Positions 58,600 to 64,000 of a stretch of DNA of 64,000 bases are shown one piece after another. Source of the DNA: Paecilomyces variotii (Eukaryota). Numbering within the stretch: position 1 is the stretch's first letter; the number at the start of each line of letters is the position of its first letter. The DNA is taken from the NCBI GenBank assembly GCA_004022145.1, contig RCNU01000002.1; one strand, given 5' to 3'. The position numbers were made by a program, and so were the translations under genes. Under the pieces are notes generated by a model. That model searched no databases. It was not told where the DNA came from and saw only the letters and a program-made list of their open reading frames with translations.

Positions 58600-60502
58600 C
58601 TACTGGAATGCACGACCAGACTGTCCGCGACGGCTGTTGCGCTGCTTGGCGCTAACTGTGCTCCAGCCCTCATCATCCGCGGCCTCTGCAGGCTGGGCAG
58701 GACTCTTTCTCCAGTTCTCGTTTGTTTTGGCGGATGCAGCATCTTTGGGGGCTTCCTTCGATCCCTCTTCCGTCTTCTCTTCCGCTTCATGATCGGCAGT
58801 CATGCCATTCTCATCCTCGCCGGCCCGCCGGAGGATTTCGAAGTTCAGGTTCTTAGCACCCTGGGGTGTATCAGCACCGCCGTCTTTCGAGCCATTGGCA
58901 TCGCCTTCTCTCTTTTCAGTCTTGGCCTGTTCCTTTGCGAGGCGCTGCTTCTCAGCCTTTTCCGCCTTGGCCTTCTCATCAGCTTCCTTCTTTTGACGAA
59001 TAGCCAGCTGACGCTTCTCTTCGATCTCTCGCTCCCTAGCGGCAGTATCAATCGGTCGCGCCGCACCGAAGGGATTCGATTTCGGGTCTGCTGGCCGTGC
59101 TGCAGGTGCTGCGGGTTCGGCTTCAGAGACAGTCCTCTTCTGTAAGTTCAGCTTGGGTCTCACTGCTGGCGCAGGAGCAGCGACAGGAGAGGGAGGGTTG
59201 CTAGGCCCCTTTGGCGCAGGGTCAGGTCGCATCTTAGATCTCCACTGGTTGTCAAGCTCCGGGGCAGTTGGGGTTCGCTCTTCCTTGAATTCGCGTCTGG
59301 GAGGCCTTGATCCATCCTGCGATCGTCCTTCGCCCCAAGCGGGGGAGCTTCTCCTGAACTGCGGACCCTCATTGCTGCGCGGGCGACCGCCCTCTCTAAG
59401 GGGCCCGCTCACAGGGGACAGAGGACCTTTGCGTTCCCAGTTGCCAAAGTCTCTGACCTTTCCATCACCCTCGAAGTTGCGTCGGCTGCTAGTCCGGTCG
59501 CTTCCAGCATCAGACACATTGTCGAAGCTGCGACCATATCCGGGCCTGTCAGAGACACGACGAGCATTGGGAAGATCCGGAAGAGGTCCCTTGCGAGACC
59601 AGTCACTGAAGTCCCTTGTGCTTTCTGGGCGGTCCTTGGCTATAGATAACGTTAGCGAGCCATGTCCTCGAACCGGGGGATATCAGGAAACCGTACGTGG
59701 ATCCGCAACGCTGACTCTGATCGCCCGTCCCTGGAAACTGGTGCCTGAATAGGTGAGGGCCTTCTTTAATCCCTCGACGCTAGCGAACTCGACATATCCG
59801 AATCCCTTCGGGGTCCTGGTCAGTTTGTCCTCGACGATGCGTACGTTTGTCACCTCGCAGTCAGCGAAGAGATCAGTGATGTCGCCCTGGGTCGCATCGA
59901 AGGACAGGTTCCCAAGATGAGCGGTGTAGGGAGGCTGGGTTGGAAGAGGGAGTTCTTCTCTGGGGGTGAAACTCGTACGGTCACGGTCTAGGTTTTTAAC
60001 GTCAGTATCAGATGCCTTCGCGCACACACCGGGACAATCGGGATTTGTACCATAACCATTAAAGCCAGTCGCGTTGCCCATAGTGCGGCGTTCACCTCCG
60101 TAGCTGGTCAAGGACGAGGGGGCTATTGTGAATTAGACATCATATTTCGAGTAAGAGGTATCGCACCAGGAAAATATGAATGACATACCGGCTGGATATC
60201 AAAATTGTCAGCAAGTGGTATAATCGTTGGAATTTTGATCTTCAACAGCATGAGACTCACCTGGAAGGGGCACATCGTCCATCTCGTCGGCCCACGAGCC
60301 GAGACCTGTCCATCATCAGTGACTGACGATCACCCACATAGATCTCCGCCACTTACTCTCATCGGCCAAGAAGGTCGATATGGACATCTTCTGGGCTTTG
60401 GGCTTTGCGGGCGCTAAAGACAACAGCATCAGTACGATACATCCTCATCACTGCCGGTATAGATAGGGTGTGGGATGGGTGGGAGCCTGGAGACGAACCC
60501 AT
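58600..60502 (-). CDS. tif3: Translation initiation factor eIF4B (503 aa if all exons used)
   Basis: Exons 60502-60499, 60413-60357, 60305-60261, 60191-60189, 60122-60051, 59987-59697, 59639-58600; SLGSWADEM, RRM (PPYTAHLGNLSF..KGFGYVEF), W.RKGPL repeats, RPKLNLQKRT, NPFGAARPIDT. Confidence 0.93.
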
Positions 60503-62297
60503 GATTGCGGTAGTTCAAGTGGGAAACGCGCCCAGGCGATTGTGCGCGTCTCTGTTCGCAGAAAGGGGGACGCTGAAAGATGGAAGAATCCTTCAGCAAC
60601 GATAGCAGTGTGTGAGTAAGTGCAGGGGCCGGCGATGTCAGACCCAAAGGTGATGTGAAGGTGGTAGGTGCAGCAATACTCCGCAGTGAAGAGCAGAGGG
60701 GAAGTAGGCAAAATGGACTTTGGTCGTTTCTCCGTGAGGATAAATTTTAGTGATGACGCTAGAAAAGTCAGCCTGAGGCGTGGTGCGGCTCCTTTGCCGA
60801 CGACGGCAGCCACGCTCCTCTGCCTCGAACCACCGCAAGTCTGGAGCGCAAATCGGCCGCTAATCTAGGAATTCCTCTTTTTCTTTCTCCCGGTTCATTC
60901 TGCTCGTCTGGCTTCTTCGTCCTCTCTTCTCGTTGTGCTTCTCGGCTGTCTCGACTTGAGATTCGCCGGCCGGTGGGACCGGATCAAGCCTTTCATTCTA
61001 GAGTAGTTATCATGCCCCAGCCCTCTAAGTATGTAGACTATGGTAAAAACCGGCAGACACTAAAACATCCGACCTGCAGGCCCTGCGTTCCATTCATCCA
61101 TTCCATAGATGGATCAGCAGATGCTTCAGATACTCACTGCAACTGACCTCACTTCTCAAAGAACATCTACTGAACAAGGTGACATTGTCTCATGCTGACT
61201 GTTCTATCTTCCGGATAGTTAACTAACCATCAAGAGATATTATGCATGGTACTGACTAACTCCATTCTTTAACTTACCATCGGAGCTCGAAAACCTGCCA
61301 AGACTCGTTCATTCCATGACCGTATGCGGTGCCGCTACCTTCTTTTATGCTGGGAAATATCATATCCAGAGTTCATCCTCAAGTGATTCTCTGCGAGTTT
61401 CTTGAAGTAAAAGGGTACCCGATACCAGGGCATGTTAGCACCAACACCAACAACAAGAGCTGAGTATGTGTTCTATTGAGCCTGAATATACAGTCTGGCT
61501 TCGATGCATATTGCTACGAAGAGCAGAGCGATATCAGTACGGCTGTGATGACCATTTATGTCGAAACGATCCAGTGGCACTATAACGTCCTTGCACGTTT
61601 GCATGATGAGTTGCAAAAGACTGTATGCCATCTGTAGTAAGGATAACGGCCAGCGCCGAATGGAAAAAGAAGATCCATGGCCCTAACCCCAGATAAACCA
61701 ATTTCCAACGGTAACTTAAGAACAATGCTCGAATTAGCGGACCGTTCGTCCGGCGGCCCTGCTCTGCAGAGCTTAGTCACAGCCGGGGTGCAGCTGTGGC
61801 AAGGAGCTGTCATACGATGTTCCAAGGGTCCGGGATAGGGGATATCTACGAGGAGTATAGAACTGCCAGTTGGGTCGACTGCTTTGACTGCTACTGCTCG
61901 AGTAGTACTAGGCAGTGTCTAGATCCCGGGATAGGAATTCGTGCAGCTGGCCAATCAACGTGTGATACTACTGACTTGGGATCGGAATTACTCCTCCAGC
62001 ATGAATTCTCAACGGCCTCCAAAGGTCACGTCGTAACATATGTGAAGCAATATGATCGGTTATGCCGCCCTCTATAGTTCTCCCACCAGAATAGTAACAA
62101 TAATAATTGCCAAAATCTGTACTCGAATCATCACGATATGTTCATAATTAACCATATTGCTCTGATTACATAACCATAGTGTTGATCACGTGCATATCGC
62201 TCAACGCTTCGAGAATTGCAACACCCTCTACGTTTCCAGAGCGCAGGAGTCCTCGACGGCAGGTTTAAGACGCATTAAAGCTGCGTAATGGGCCAAG

Positions 62298-63258
62298 ATG
62301 GGTGGGAAGGATGAAGCAATTCCAGTTTTTGGCTCAGATGTTCTCCTACCAGCTCTGAAAGCTGGGGGTTTGAGCGGTACGTTTTCCCTTGCACTTTCTT
62401 TTCTTCCCTGCTCGAGAGCGGAGACCGGTTCTTGTTATGCAGCTGCATATGTATGGGATTCCATGATTGCTTTCTTCTGAATTTAAGCCATGAAATCGCA
62501 GGACATGCCACTTTGATGATGCCTTAATTACTGTGTGCCTGTGGCTTTGTGACTGACTGACTAATTTATTTATTCATACAGGATCGGCTGGTCTGCTGTA
62601 CGGAGGTATTTCTGGTATCCTCACCAGCTCTCCTCACCAGGTTGCCCATTCAGTGTCGCATGGAATCCATTGGTTTGCACTAGGCAGCTCATTTTGGTGT
62701 AAGTACATTTTTTACTCAGGTCTTGTGTGTTTTGGGCAATATTTAAAAAAAAATTTGAAACTTAGGGTTGAGGAGTAATATTCTGAAACTCCATTTCCAG
62801 AACGATGCTTCTCCGAAAGAACGTGCCTATACGAGCGCCATTTCTGGTGGGGTTGCGGGAGGTGCAGTAACGCGGCTTATGGGTAAATTGAATGATTGTA
62901 TTTATGTGATATTCGAAAGAAAGTCCACTGACGAACGTACGTAGGTGGTCGCCTTGTCCCAGGTGTCGTGATCTTCTCGATGCTGGGGTATCTTGGCCAG
63001 AGTTCTTACAATGCCATTGACCGATGGCAGGCACAGCGTGCACAGGAGGGTCCATCGAAGCCCTTTCTGCAGCGGTTAGCGGACTCGAAATGGGTCCCGT
63101 TGAAGGCCCTCTCCGATGAGGACTATAAGCATATGCTGAGCGAGAAGCTACTGAACATTGAGGCAGAGATCGCGCTTATTGACGATAAGATCCAGGACCT
63201 CGAGAAGTTGAAGGCGTCCAGCTCGGAAGTGAAGGTGCCGGAATCGAGAGCGAAATAA
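62298..63258 (+). CDS. Conserved fungal membrane protein with Gly-rich TM helices (possibly Tim17/Tim22-like)
   Basis: Introns 62377-62581, 62699-62765, 62883-62944 splice in frame; GLLYGGISG, SAISGGVAGGA, PGVVIFSMLGYLGQ, SKWVPLKALSDEDY..L.EKLL.IEAEIALIDDKI. Confidence 0.78.
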
Positions 63259-64000
63259 GAAATATTACTTATTATTATTATTCCCTAGAAATAATAATCA
63301 CTTACCTGTTCAGGCATGTTGCGGGACTGCGGCGTATCCAGCGTCTCGAAATACGGTGGTGGGATAAGCGAGGCGAACAAACAATATTAAATCAATCCCT
63401 ATTGAGGACATTCGAGGCTGTACTCTATGATGCTTGGCCCCACCGCGGTCGATAGTTAGCATCCCCCTTCGTTGCGTATGTGGTGAATAAGAATTCGATG
63501 CGCGGAACTCCCGGGACCGGCGAGAGTTTAAGAGCGGGAACCTCTTGTGGAGTGGCAAGACCAACAATCTTTTTCTGATGTTGGTGATTTTTTTTATGTT
63601 GCCGGAGCCCCTGGACAATTATCGTGTTAGGAATCAGAGATCGATGTTCGGGGAGTTCCTCCTACCTTAGGCGTATCTAAATCGAGAACATCATTAACGG
63701 TCTCCCTCTTCTTATGGTGATCGTCGAGGTTAGAACAACTCCGTGTCTGCTAGTCAGGGCCTGTGGGCACGTGTCTTGGGGCTCCTGAAGGAGAAATCGT
63801 AATAATAATGCCTCCGCGACGGGCGATGTTAGTTAGTGTCGTGTCTCCGCTTTTTAGCTTCGATTCCTCGCAGTGAAAGACGGCAGCTCGGATACGGAGT
63901 ACCAAAGCATTATTATTGCAGACAAAGGACGCTGTCGTTCGATCCTACTACTGAAAACGGACTGTCCACGATAGTGTCACAGAGTTATTTAGTTACACAT

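Noticed and set aside
62377-62581. Possible microexon or snoRNA in the 205-nt intron
   Set aside because: The candidate CAG|CTGCATAT|GTATGG exon is 8 nt and would break the frame; C/D-like boxes are too close together

Overview
Gene-dense, intron-containing DNA from a filamentous ascomycete. GT-AG introns with CTRAY branch points and an Aspergillus-like gene set suggest Eurotiales; the species cannot be determined. About 21 protein-coding genes were reconstructed by hand-splicing. Housekeeping genes: cyanase, PX/PH-less phospholipase D, Ybp1/ALF4-family protein, SPT small-subunit-like protein, rhomboid, Pfa3-type DHHC palmitoyltransferase, Ubc6/UBE2J-type E2, TFIIIC B-block-binding subunit, Sec2-domain protein, eIF4B and a Tim17-like membrane protein. 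Also present are the divergent afeA/tmpA developmental-signalling pair and an accessory-looking block (FAD monooxygenase, sugar porter, laccase, small secreted protein). No tRNA, rRNA, CRISPR array or intact transposon was recognised. Best leads: (1) stand-alone Pol III B-box motifs, one inside a T-arm-like hairpin, 80-170 bp upstream of the gene for the B-box-binding TFIIIC subunit, suggesting autoregulation; (2) an 86-aa three-exon protein missed by the ORF track, with a ubiquitin-like LRGG motif followed by a Cys-rich tail, under a promoter dense in Crz1/CrzA-type sites; (3) a 3-nt microexon in eIF4B. All family assignments are from motif recognition, not database searches.
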